From: Ramazzottius varieornatus | Taxonomy: Eukaryota; Animalia; Tardigrada | DNA length: 64,000 nucleotides | Reading direction: 5' to 3' | Assembly (NCBI GenBank): GCA_001949185.1 | Contig: BDGG01000002.1 | Span: 4,454,448-4,518,447, forward strand | In this document: positions 39,167 to 52,278 of the stretch, in pieces | How the letters are laid out: every line of letters begins with the position of its first letter | Numbering within the stretch: position 1 is the first letter of the stretch | Notes under the pieces: generated by a model | What the model was told of the DNA's origin: nothing | What the model saw: the letters and a program-made list of their open reading frames with translations, nothing else | Databases searched by the model: none | Position numbers and translations under genes: made by a program

Positions 39167-42100
39167 TCACCAACGCATGGCGGCGGGTCGTGAACGGTCG
39201 ACACTGCTCTCTTTGGTCACGGGCCGATGGCTTTCCTTTCCGGGAGAGGCGTGGTATGGTGTCCAGCAGTGCTCGCACAGGTACGCCAGGCATCCCACCT
39301 GCGAACAGAAGAGTGGCGCGCTGCGTCCGCTGCACTTCATTCCGTTGCAGTAGTCACAAGTTTGATCGTCCAAAACGTAGGGCTTCAGCTCCACCTACAG
39401 TTAAACCCAGGTAATGGAATAGCCGCAATTAATTTGGTTAGTCTTTCACGTACTCGTTTGTCGATCTCGCCATTCTGGAGCTGCACAAATCGCGCGTTGA
39501 TGGCCGCGATGTAACTCTGCTGGTTACTGAAGGTAATCCTTCCGGCTCCTTTGGGGTACTTCAGCTCGGAGTCGACGTCGATTCCAGCATAGGCAACATA
39601 GCCGAAGCGCTGGTTCATTAGCATAGCCAGCTCATCTGCAGATCAAGCAAAAATATGATGATAATCTATCAAGGTCTTCACATTGAACGTGTAACTACGA
39701 ACTCACGGGCTCGCAGAGGACGAGGCACTCCGCCAACGAAGACCGTCAAGCGTGGATCAAGCTTGCTGTGCGAATCCAGATAGAATTCGTTGTCCGTCAG
39801 GCGCCATGGTCGAACTTGAACCTACATTGGAAAACGAGGTGTGCTTCAGTCCAATGCAGAATAGTTCCAAAACTTCACGGTACTTCCGGACAATAACCTT
39901 ACAGCTTTGTCTTTGTTGGTTGGGCTCGAGACGTAAAAATACATCTTGTCTCCCTCCTGGACCGACGCATCCATCAAACTCTGGACGGAAGTCTCGTCTT
40001 GGAACAGCAAGAAAGCGTACCCTGAAAGTGTGCGGTATTATCATAACAAGTACTTTCTTTTAGACAGTTTCCATCAGACATACAGTACCTTTTGGTGGGA
40101 AATATGACTTGCTTTCCGCCTTGTGTGGCCAGTCGACGATCAAAGGACCAAAGTGTCGGAAGCTGGCTGTAATTTCGTCTGTGGAAAGATGGAACATTCT
40201 AAGTCAACAAACAATGGGTGAAATGCAACACTAAGCAAACCTTCGTCAATATCCGGCGGAAGACCTCCGACGAAGACTTTTCGCGAGTAAACTTGCGTGC
40301 CGAAATCCGAGCTGCTAGAGTGGGTTCGCAGAGACGAGACCCGCGATGACAGTGGCGACATGGAAGTAGGCACCATCTGGTCGAATGGGTCGACAAGGCC
40401 ATCATTGAACAGCCGGGAAGAATCGTATGTTCCGAAGTTTCCGAAGAAGCTTTTTCCTACAGAATCTGACTTGTTAACATGTCAAATTCGCGCTTTGATT
40501 TTCTCCAGTATTCTTTCAGAGTATTCTGGGCCAGTTTTTTAGGCCTTCGGTAGGTTCTTCCGTATCCTACTATTCTGCAGAATATGCCCACGCTACTGAA
40601 ATTATGGAGCAATTTCGAAGGTTTCTGGGACCGACGAAGGACCATCGATCTTCGAGAGGAAAACAGCCCATCATGAATCGATTCTAGGAAGCACTTTCCC
40701 CACTTGAGCGCTACATTAGTTCTGACCGATCACTGAATTGACAGGCTTTTGTATGCGGAAAAAAAATTGGCTGTCCACCGAGTGCGTTACATAACGAGCG
40801 ATTGGGGTCGCACTTTTGTAAGGATGACAGGAAGACTAATGCAGCGCATAAAGCGCAATCGACCAGCACTTCTGTTGCGTTCTCAAATGATGTGGCTCGA
40901 TCTGGTATCGACCCTCCTCCGCCACGCCGATCGTCTCCAAAATAATTGGCCTTCTTCCACAAAAGTGCTCCTATATAAAGCATCTGGCATGGTCCCTTGT
41001 GACGTGGGTCTTTGGGTCTTCCAGATGCCGAAAGGCGGCATCCATAACGAGTGCTCGGAAAAACGCCCTCACGCACGCGCTCTGTTCGCCGAAGGGGTCG
41101 ACTAATTATACTTCTCACTGATTAGCAAATCAATCGATACGTTCTGCCCCATTATTACATGGTCCACTTTAACGTTATGAACACGTTGTGTCAGAAATGA
41201 CTGTGGCGGTGAAAAGGGAGCCTAGTGCCAGCCTTAATAGCTGGAGTTATCGTCGAACCAGCACTACGCGTTTCATGCGGACAATATCCTACTGATTAGC
41301 TGCGGACTGACTATTTCAAAGCTCAAAGGAGCTGTCCTATAGGTAGACACAACAAAGCGAATTCTGGCATGTGAATCTTAATTTCGAAGGCCTTTCCAGG
41401 GGGTCCGGAGGACTTGGGAAACCTTCGACCGTTTCCGGCAACGGAAATTCTAGATTTAGTCTTACTATGGATCTTCCTCTGTAGATCGATAAGCAAAATT
41501 CTCCCGTATCGAACCATCGAGGCACCGAGATTACACAATTACCTAATCAATACAATTATCATTTGTTGCATTGGTGCATGAAGGACTGATGCTGAGGGAC
41601 GAAAAGTAGTCCTTTCAGCGCACTCCGGAAAGGGAAGTTGTGGTAACGCCCAGGCGAGGTTTGGGAAGGAAGTGATGACACAAGCGACTTTTGTCAAACT
41701 AGTACTCAAAAGATTATCGCATGCTTCTGAATTCAGTCCGTAATGAACAACGAGCAGGGACTTCCGGCTCGGCGCGACCAGGACCTTGCTTTGTGTTTGC
41801 GCTGTACAGGGTTCTTCGATATTTGGTTCTTCATGCACGTCATCTTTGTTCAATGTGTCGTAATAGTTGCCACAGTCGATTGATCTTCCCGAGCATGAAT
41901 ATATTGTGCTTCAATCACAAAGGCTTTCTGCGTGCCTCGAAAAAAATCTTTCTCTGTCAGCTGTGTTCTCGACTGCTGGATCTGTGTCAATAGAGAGCAG
42001 TCTATTGATGGATCTCGGCTTGATGATTATTTGCCGAGGAGCATGAAGGATCGACTAGCTGAACAAACTTGCGCATACGTAATCAAACGATTTTTCTTCC

Positions 42101-45100
42101 TCCCATTTGAAGACCACTTACGACGCAGATAAGAGCCTTCTTATCGCACGCGCTCCTTCAAGGAACGCGCTAATCTATCAGACCTTCGTAGCTACTGAGA
42201 GCGTTAGTGTTGTAGATGCTGAAAAGCTCCCAGATAATCTGATATCATTCAGCCACACAAAACCCGAAGAAAAAAGAAGCAGAATTTTCATGAAGACCTC
42301 AACGGAAGCGGAATTGGTAGCCACTTCCCGGTACTGCCTGCAGAAATTCGGTTCAAACAAAACTTTCCAGTCGAAAACTCTATATCGGGTACGGTTGCCA
42401 TTTTGGCGAATGGCGTAATATAGACATGCGATATAAACAAGTCCGGGTTAATTTACAGTACGGGAACTCGACAGGCGTTCTAGAGACGGATCCGACTTGG
42501 CAGACATTCATGCTTGATTGAATGGCAAATCCAGGGATTACATTTTCGCATGACATATACTGTACTATTTTTTCTGATGTCAACAACACGTGAAGATCCG
42601 TAACACTGCCAATATTATTGTAGCTCTGAAATACCAACAGCTGTTGCCTTAATTGACACTGTGGTAACTGTGGTTTGCGCTGAGCTTTTCACTTAATCCA
42701 TGCCCTATACTCTTCAAATGCACTAATTATAGCGCCGAAAACGATCACTTTTGAGCGAAACTTGTTTTGTACTAGTGTCCTATAAAAAGGGCTTGTCTTG
42801 CTGGTAATTAGCCGAGGAATCGGAAGGAGGCTGCCCGAAGAAATGGTAAACCGCGTTCTGTCTCGCAAACATCCGTGAAATGACTGGGCCTGGGTTCTAA
42901 GTGCATCGTTAAGCTTGCGCAGAAACCACAAAATCGCTTTACCTTCTCGCCTGGGGACCTATGAATCAGTGTCATGTTTCCAGGTAGGTAAAAAATTTTG
43001 CTTGTCAGCTCGTTCGTCTTCATGAAGGCTGGATGTTTCCAACCTTCGAATATTTTCTCACCAAGACCTGCCGCTAGAAGGCGCTTTCGACTATTAGTGT
43101 TATCATCCTTGTTCAGTGAACTGAATACTTTCTATCTGCTGGCTGGGTCTTACCTTTTGCGGCGTCGTCACCCCATCCATTGATCCTCATCATGTCCAAC
43201 AGTTGTGGTTCCATCGAGTATTTCATTGTGTCCAGACCATTGAGTCCCCCGGTTCCACTGCGCGAGTGATAGCAGTCCTGCATCTTCAAAGGAAAATCCA
43301 CAATTAGATCTACGTCTCAAGCCAGCAAACCACAATCTGTATGAGCAGTCCTGACAATTTTACAAAGTGTCAGTGAAAAATAGCACAAGGCTCGAGTAAG
43401 GCTAATACAGCCATATCGTAACTGCACGAGCACCCTCGTCAATCTTGAGCTACTTGCATTCTGGTAGGAGCTACACGCTGATCGGTTTACCTCCCGCGTT
43501 AATTACTAGTAACCTCATGCTTCACTGAATTCCTCAACACGCAGCCTTGGAAAAACAGCAAACAAGATGGAAATACTCTAATCCGACTCACGTGGCTCTC
43601 TTTTGCCCATTTTCCGAAATACCCTGACCAGTCCTGTGCTGTAAACGCGGCAACCTCCGCCACTTCCTTGTTCAAATGCATAGCTGCTGGAATTTTTACA
43701 TATGTTTAGAAGTTTTGATACGACAGAATTCAGCTTGGTCGACACAGTGAAGCTACCGGCTTGGTATAGTGAGATGGTTGCTGCTCGACCACTGGTGAGT
43801 TAAACATAACGAATGTTGGGCAGATCGGATATTAACCGTCACGCGTATTCATATCTACCCTTTAATAATCGACGCTTGTGAGCTTTTACGCTCTCGAAGA
43901 TGGGGCGAAAGTAAGTCAACTGCAAAGTGAAGCGTCTAAATATGGACCATGGTCACTCATCAATTGCATGAATGCATGCAAATATGAATCGTGTCAATAG
44001 CGGCTAGTTATCTCGTATATGCGACTCCCACGCTACATCCCTCCTTTCTTTGCCTTCTGCTTCCCTGGTCCATGGGTGACTACAGCCTATGCATGCAGCT
44101 TCCGGAATATCATATACCACCCAGCCCATCATTGATAGTGTGTGTGTTCCCTCGATGGATGCGATCGTGCCGAAAGAAAAATCATATCCTGCAAACACGC
44201 AGGGATGCGTGAATTAATGAGCTTTAACAGTTGCCGATACTGCCTTGTAAAAGAAGAGTGCTTTCAGGCACATCCAGGCTACGCACTGACGACATCCAGA
44301 AAGGATAGACTATACACACAGAGAGCCTTTCTACTTTGACGCAAGATATGGATTTTACATTGATCAACAGCATTGATTTCGACGACAGTTCAATCGACTC
44401 CTAGCTGTTACGCGGACACTACCAGAGAATGGACATGCCCCTTTGTTCCTGTAAGTTTCTTACAGCATGTGTTGAAGTGGAAGATGCGCTGTTGCAAAAC
44501 CCAGGCGTTTTAATTTCACGCTGCATTTAGGCAAAGCTCATCGGAAGCCTCCATTGCACTTGTCAGCCATCAGCGGCCTTCCCTTTTCCTCTAAGCCGCC
44601 CTTATGCAACAGGAACCTCTCGCCTACCACAACAACGCGGTAATACGGAACGAACACCCAACAGATTTTTTCCATGCGGTGATTTCTGCTGATAAAACAG
44701 GCAAAGAAAAATGACAGGAAAATTGCTTCTGACTTTTTTCTAGTGGCGTACAAGGACCAAGGCGGCAAATGAAATGTACATTTTAATGGGGCAAATCTAA
44801 CTGTTGTCGAAGCGAACGGCTGACACCCAATCTTGGCCTCTTGGGAACTGGCGCACTGCGTGTCGTCAGTCAAGCTGGAGGAAGAAAAGGAGCAGCTGAT
44901 GGAGGAGCAAAGCAAGCGAGCTTCTGGAAGGAAATCTGCTCTATTCCATCCTTTCATTCGCCCATCCAAGCATTCATGCATTTATCCACCTAACGACGGC
45001 AGCCTGATCACTCGTCCATATTAATACTTGCAACTCGACCTTATCAACCTCGCCATATTTCCTTCTTCCATAGCGCACAGCATGCCGGCATATCGAGCGA

Positions 45101-48100
45101 AATATGGGCAGACGTTCAAGCCTCATAAGCGAGTCCGAAAACAGGGTAGAAGGAAGACCAGGTGGTCAAGGTGTGCCTCCATCGACTTTGAAGATCAATG
45201 GCCATCTGTAAAGTCTTCATTGAGGAAGGCCGGACGAACAGTTGAAGATAGGAAGGAAGGAACGGCTGTCCATGCTGGCGTTTACGGACAGTTGTAAATC
45301 GTCATGTTTAGTCAAACATAATTTGGGCTTTTGGGCACCATTATCAACACGCCGTGGTGGTCATTGGAGACTACGGTCGACCAACACCAAGTCAGCAACA
45401 GCTGGTGAGTCGCGTGCCACAACAGATGACTTGCTCAGCCATCGATTGCCAATCAATGGAAGCATAAACGGATGCCTGCCAGGATCAGACTAATTATAAG
45501 CCTGCTGTACACAACCAACTTATTATGGCAGCCAGTTGAAATGTCCTGCAAAAGTGTCATGACATAGGCAAGAACCAAGATGGGACATGCAAGCAAAAAA
45601 GTCTCAAACGAATCCATAGTTCTTCCGCCATCAATCAAGCGAATGGATCGCCGTTTCTCACTTCCGAGTTCTTTATGAGTACTCAAAACTCTGTCAATCA
45701 GTCATTCTGGCCATCGTCACCTAACTCGTGTCATGCTGTGAACTAATGTAGTTTGCCGAGTTGTTGTCTCCTTCCGAAATTAGTGGTGTGACCACTGTTA
45801 TATGGTAATGTATGCAGCCCCGTGTTGTTGTTTACGCACGGGCTAAACGGTTACGGAAAACAGGGTGGAAAATTCCGCCCAAAGTCACGAGTACTCTGCG
45901 TAGCAGCAAAGAACCGGGTTCGCGGTTTTCCGAGTAGGAAGCAAGGTTTGCGGTCTGTCATCACCGACGCCATCCGACTGCCAAAGGGAGAAATGCCGTT
46001 CAGCCAGACGGAAGTGGTTTTCCGGTCTTCCATCGGTACTACTGTTCAAGTAGCGACCTTTGGAAGTGTGGGTAAGAGCAAATTACCCACCACATACTCG
46101 TAATCAAAGGCACCAAAACAGGATGTTGTGTCAATACCAATCAGAGATGGTTACACAGCACTTTCTAACCGCATGGAAGAAGGCCGGTGGTAACTTTCGA
46201 ACAAGGCGCAGTACTAAACGTCTTTTTGGTTACTTCGAGGTCCACATACGCGAACTCGATCCGATCAATAATCTTAAAGTCAATTGGCCCCTAAAACTGA
46301 TTGCTCTTTCAGTACAATCCCGCTTTCAAGTCGTTAATTGCATTAGGTGAAATAAAAGCAGCACAAGACACTTTGGAGTAAAGACTGCCGCGTGCTGTGA
46401 ATCTCGACAAAAAATAAATAAAGATTACGAGAGTGGAGTATGATCACCAGAAATCCCGTATTTCCTAGGACGCTTGAGTTCACATGCCGGTCTAAGAATT
46501 CATCTTAATCAATCTTGTGATGATTCCAAGAGCAGACCATCTGAACATAAGTTTGGCTAATTTCGGTTGGCCAAAAAGCCGAGACGAACGCCTTTCCGGT
46601 AGAGATCCTAATTGATTTTGTTGCGATATAAGCTTTTCTCAGAGATGACTTGTTATGGACAAATCGAAGATCTCTCGTGACACCCATCTGCGCCAGATAT
46701 ATTCCACCCCATGCTGCGGTATTTTTCGATAATGCAAGCGTATCGTCGTTGACGTCGGAAGCACCAGCCTAATGTACACACAGCCTGGATATTGCATACG
46801 GCAATCGAAGCAGTGTTTCTGTACGCAGCTGACGTTATTTTATGTTGGGAAGGAGTCTTGGACGGAGAAAAACTGCTGTCGTAGCGGAAGTTTGTGTTTC
46901 ACGTCATGTCACTTTTCACATAGGATCAGCACTTATTATATCATCCCCGCCAGCGATCAATCTGACAGCCAATTTTCCCAAGGACAACGAGACCTGATTA
47001 CGCTATAGCCCAGACAACAACGCATTCCCTTACACCATGAAACAACGTCCCCCTTTCTTCCCATTTTCTTCGATTAGGGAAAAGTATCACTTTAAATTCT
47101 GCTTGACTTTCTCGGAAAAGGGGTCGATGCAGTAACGTGGAAGACTACTTTCTTTATGTGTCGTAATGCTGAGCTCTACTCGCATCGACCCGTTTACTCC
47201 CACGATATCTCGCTTTGGCATCATGCACCGCGCGCGTTGGTCTTCCGTAAGTAGGGAGCGGAAGCCAAAAGGCTGGCAAGATGGAAAGTTTAGCTCAAGA
47301 TCTTTGCTATAAGTAGATCTGTCAAATCAGCGTGAAAATGTCATCACAACATGGGTTACCAAATTTGTACCCAACTGCCTGATCATTTCCTAATCAGCAA
47401 GCAGGCACCATGCAAGAGGCAGACGCACAACAGAAGCACTGCTTTCCTTTGCCTTCTTCCTTACGCAATTTTCCAAAGTGGTCAGACGAAACCGCAGGGA
47501 CGAAATTAACATCTTGTAGAGTGCCTAAGCCAAGATCAACCCTTTCATCACGTGGAGATGCTACAGCTGGTGCCTTTGACAAGTAACCAGCCATGTTCGT
47601 ACTTTGTCAGCTGTGTTCCCACCAGTGCCACGCCCTTCTCTCTGTGCGAGAAAAGACAATCAATCAAGCATACCAAGCCAGCTGTCCTTGGCAATCTTCT
47701 ACGGTCATACGACATATCTCGGCACTTACGCGAAGGAAAATAATCTATATCCGTTATAACTAGAAAACAGAAGAAACGATGGCTGGATTTGGGCACCTGT
47801 CAACAGACTAGATCACCTGCGAAGCCTCCACAAAGAAATGTTATAAAGCTGTCGCGACATGGAAGAAGGCTGAATAGAGCAGAATATTGCCGGGCCACAG
47901 TGACACTGTCACCGCCAGCAACAGCGCCTGTCGTTATCGAAGGAAAATATTATGAAGGAAGCTACTTGGCAATGGGCATTTTTATTTATTTGCTTAAGTG
48001 CTTGTTCAGTTAAAAATTAAGTGAGCTGTGGTGAATGGCGGCCATTTAATCGAAATATTCGCTAAGCTTCTTCAACACGCTGCGAAGGCTGCCATTTCCA

Positions 48101-50526
48101 ACGTTGACGCTGTCGCCGCCGAAATCGACCGTAGGGTGCTTTTAATCGACATTATTGCTGCTCCTTCCTTCAGCAAAGCCAGCCAGCAATATTTCGCCAT
48201 TATTCAACAGCACCGCTAATATTGCTTACTCTAGCATGCATTGAAATACATATCGACCTGCACTATGGTCAACGTTGCGGTTCCTGACGAAGAAAATATT
48301 CATCCTGGTGTGACGACAGTAGCTGCTGAGCAAATTTACCTCCAGCCCAAGGTGGTCGCCACTCTTTCGTTATCTGCACTGCATTCATACAAATTTTGAA
48401 CTACACCGAAAAGTCCGCAACCAAGACGACGACGTTGTCTTTGGACTGTAAAATCAATAATGTGCCTACTACGCTTCCTTTCCTGGGAACCGATTGCAAA
48501 GTGTGTGAACTTTGCTGTCGCTGCTTGATTACACTAAATGATAAACGCTATAGACACATATCAAATAAGTAATCTGGCCACATGTATTGCACCATACCAG
48601 TTCCTGTTTTTTCTTCTTTGTCGGTAAACCAGAAACCTTTGCGATATTGTACACTCCATCAAGGCATCAACCGTTATAAAGTCCAAGTCTTCCTGGCCAA
48701 AACAAGTCATAACTCTTGCCAGCTAATCTTGTCATTCCTTGACCGATGGTTAACTCTTGTCCTGTCGAACTCTCTCTCCTCGCCAGATGCCTTTTACGAC
48801 ATCGACACACAGTTGTAAAGTTGAAAGTTGGGCGCGAGCTTCTCAATTCTTACCGGCTGGCTTCCGTCTTACTTGATTTCACTTCGTTAAGCAGTCGCTG
48901 ACATAACCAGAACACTATCTTAGTGGCCAATTTTACAGCTTTCACCGCAGTTAAGCCACCTGATCTTGAAAACGATTACTTTCTGCTGCTTCACTTCTGT
49001 TGGCTACCTTTTGTGGTTATATAGTCAACACCTCGAACCACCATACTCATCAGCGCTACCTTTGCCAACATCTCGTGGTACACACCATAGAGTTCCCTGC
49101 ACTTGGCTCCTCACAAAGCGCGCTTACATCACAGATGAAGACACACACACTTCCTGCTGAATTCAACCCATCAATTCCCCAAAACTAATACTTTCCTAAA
49201 AAGTGAGGAAATATAAGCAAGCTACTGTTTATATGGTATCTTGAAAAGACAAAGCAAACCCTGACTGCAATTTCCCGCCTGTAGTTCGCATCAGCCGCCC
49301 TTTTGCCACAGAGTGTCATTCACTAATAAGGCACTCACCTGATCGTAGCCGTTCAACGTGGTGGCAGAGTCCATGTTCCATCCGCAGCAGTAATTAGCAT
49401 CGTTTGGTGGCGGGGTGTAAAAGCCATTGTAGGTTGTGGAGCCATCAATGAAGGTGCCCATCGTGTGTGCCGACGATGGCTGTTGATGATTGTTGGCATT
49501 ATGTCGATGGTGCAAATGCCCATTAACAGGATGGGATGCACTACGTCGATAAGCTTGATGCTGCCGATGTTGCTGCTGATAGTTTGTCGCCGAGGAAGAA
49601 TTAGCGGGATGACGGTAATAATGATTATGCAGGGAAGAGCCACCATGTTGCTGACAACAGAGTCCGCTGGTTGCGTTCATTGCCGTATCCGCCATTGTGG
49701 CTGACGTGTTGGTGGACGAGGCTGCAAAGGCACTCGGCGATAATTGCTTTCGATTGATTGGAGACACCGAACCGCTACTAAATGCGGAGGAGTTTGATGG
49801 CGCAGAACGACGATTAGCCGAAGTGGTGGAAGTGGCGCTAACGTTTCCCCATGTTGAAAAGGGATTAGGCGAGCCAATGAAATGCGCCAGATTTGTCTCT
49901 GAATTGCTAGGGCTTAACGAGGGAGATAGATCGGACATGAAGGGTGAGGCCCACGTCGACGAGGCACTTCCCGGTGGTTTCAGATGATTACCTTTCGTAC
50001 TGTCCTGCAGGAACCTTCGCTCTTCCTCGGTGGACCCGAAGCAGCCCAGTTCCGTGAAGGACCCTTTCGACCCGGATGACCATACAGAGTCCCCGAAGAA
50101 TCTGGTGCCGAATTCCAGACCGGAAGTCTCCAAGCTGGAAGAGACGCTGGATGTAGAGGTTGCGCCGATGGAGCCACTGTGCGGGCTGGAGGACTCGCGG
50201 CCTGTTCCAGCACCGCTGGTTGTCGAGCCTGAAGCGGATACAGCCATTGATTTTTCCTCATTAATATCTCCAGCCGAGCTAGGTGGAGTGGGAGAGTGCG
50301 GAGCTGCAGCCGTAACACTCGACTCCTTCAAATTCTCCCCCATCGACTGAAGACTGTTGGATCCATTAGTCGTGTGGCTGTTTTCCTTGCTGTCCGACCA
50401 TAAACTGGCTGCCATGATTTCGGGACTTAATTCCAGTAGATGCGAGGCGGTAGAGTACTCGCTGGCACAGGTGAAGTCAAAGGGCGACGAGGAACTATAG
50501 TTCCGAAACGTTGTATCCACGTCCAT
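39167..50526 (-). CDS. orb2: Cytoplasmic polyadenylation element-binding protein, CPEB2-4/orb2 subfamily
   Basis: Low-complexity exon 50526(start uncertain)-49339. Exon 43277-43154 (SMEPQLLDMMR, like CPEB2-4 SLESSLIDIMR). RRM1 YSRKVFVGGLPPDIDE...DWPHKAESKSYFPPKGYAFL; RRM2 TVFVGGVPRPLRA...YAGIDVDSELKYPKGAGR; ZZ finger CDYC...C...C..YLCEHCW...H...HRP. Stop at 39167. Confidence 0.96.
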
Positions 50527-52278
50527 GTCGCTTGGTAAGTTGTGGTGGTACACAAGATCAATCACGCGAAATGGGGGAGACGCCGTTACATTCGCGGGAT
50601 AACGGCTTTGCTGCGAGAGATGGGATACTCCTGGAACAGATGATCTCAACTACAAAAGAATCAGTAGATAAAGGGGATCCTATCCGCTCTCAGCTGATCC
50701 ACAACTGCAGCGCGGTTGTACGTTCTCGGAATATTGAAAGTTGAATCGTTCCTCTGTCGATCTACTTATGCTTCTCCGTATTTCTTCTTTCGGCGTTTGC
50801 GGTGACAACACAAGAGCGGAAACGCAACACGCTCGTACAACGTAGGCTCAACCCACTCCGGGCTGGGCTCAGTTTAGAACGACGAATGAAAAAGTCGCTG
50901 TCTTTGTTATGATCCAGTGGCAAAATAACCCATTGGAAGTGGCAACTTGTACCGTTGCACTTTCAGAGGGCGTATCAGGACTGAGAACTGGATATTAGAA
51001 AATTTCGAAAATTGGACCGGAAGTAAGATGACGGCTTACATGTACACCTGTACCTTGGACAGTGACTTGGAGCGCCAGGTACCGTATCTCGTAGTGAGTG
51101 AAGGGGAAAACCGTTTACATGGCAAAATCTGGCAGGTGATTAAGCAAAATGATTCAAAAGATTGTTGCACAATACCAAAATTAAATGGTGGTATTCATCG
51201 AGTTGGGGTATGCCATATTACGTGCCAGCCGTCGATTTATTGAATGGCAAACACGTTTATCTTTCTGGTTACGACAGACCGGCTCGCGGCTCTAGACAAA
51301 CCTGCGATATGGTGCCACGACGGAAGACTTGGTTGGTTACGCTTGAATTGTCTTCAAACTCTTGTTACTTCGCATTCTTGTCACTCTAATGACGGAATTT
51401 GATTACGGAATCTTGAGACTTTTTGAAATAAGTCAATGCCAAGGCTCCTCTCGTAATCGGTTAAAGTTACATTGGGTACACATACGAGTAGTTGTGACTA
51501 TGGCCTACCAAGTATCAAAATACTGTATCTACCGGCCCAATATGATTCCGAAAACATTCTGGCCCTTGTAACCAAGCCAAGATTTTCGGGGCTCTCTGCT
51601 GTCTGGAGCTAAGCATGGAACGCTGGACCCTGAACCTCAAAAGTATTCGCGGAGACCCCAACATTTTTATGAGCGGCAGCCGCGGACTCACGGTGAGCCC
51701 TATACCGAAGCCACAAGCTAGCATACTAGTGGTAAAGATTAATTTTGGTTGTGTAAAGGGGAAAAGGATGGCTAGCTTGAGGAGTTTCCCCAACCAGGCT
51801 CGAAGCCGTAATCAACGACAGCCGATGGGAACTTGGCTTGCTGAAGCGTCGTGCACTTTACGGTGCTACGCTGCCAATAGCCGTTTCACCTGATGCATAA
51901 CGTTACGACAGGACGCGAAGACTGGAACTTCTCCGGCCAAGGCCAGCATTACGTGTGTTCTTTCGAAGACCCTCGGTAAATAACTCCGTAACTCCATGCG
52001 AAGTGGGAATAAATTCATTCAACGGCTCAACTGCAAAACTAACAGAATCCGAATCCTCCACAGCATCCAAACGTTCTTTCACAAATCAGTTGGCGCTGGC
52101 AGTTTTACCGGTATCTTGACTAACTTACCACTGAAGTGTAAGCTTATGAGGAATCTTCTCAGCTGAACGAAAAGTAAAAGTTTGTAAACTAAATGTGTAT
52201 GCACAAAACCAAGTATCACATATTTCCATCTAAATCCATTTTGGACTGGCTAATTTCAGACACTTCGAATACAGATGG

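Noticed and set aside
40540-40567. Minus-strand GYGRTYRRPK resembles the vertebrate CPEB4 microexon ARTYGRRR at the equivalent gene position
   Set aside because: No polypyrimidine tract, no phase-compatible donor leaving a spliceable intron, and read-through hits a stop out of frame with the next exon. Likely coincidence unless RNA-seq shows otherwise.
47139-47160. tggaagacta matches the first 10 nt of miR-7
   Set aside because: The rest diverges and there is no complementary star arm.
48025-48212. Loose inverted repeat in the CPEB intron
   Set aside because: Needs several gaps to align; cannot be distinguished from chance or a very old remnant by eye.
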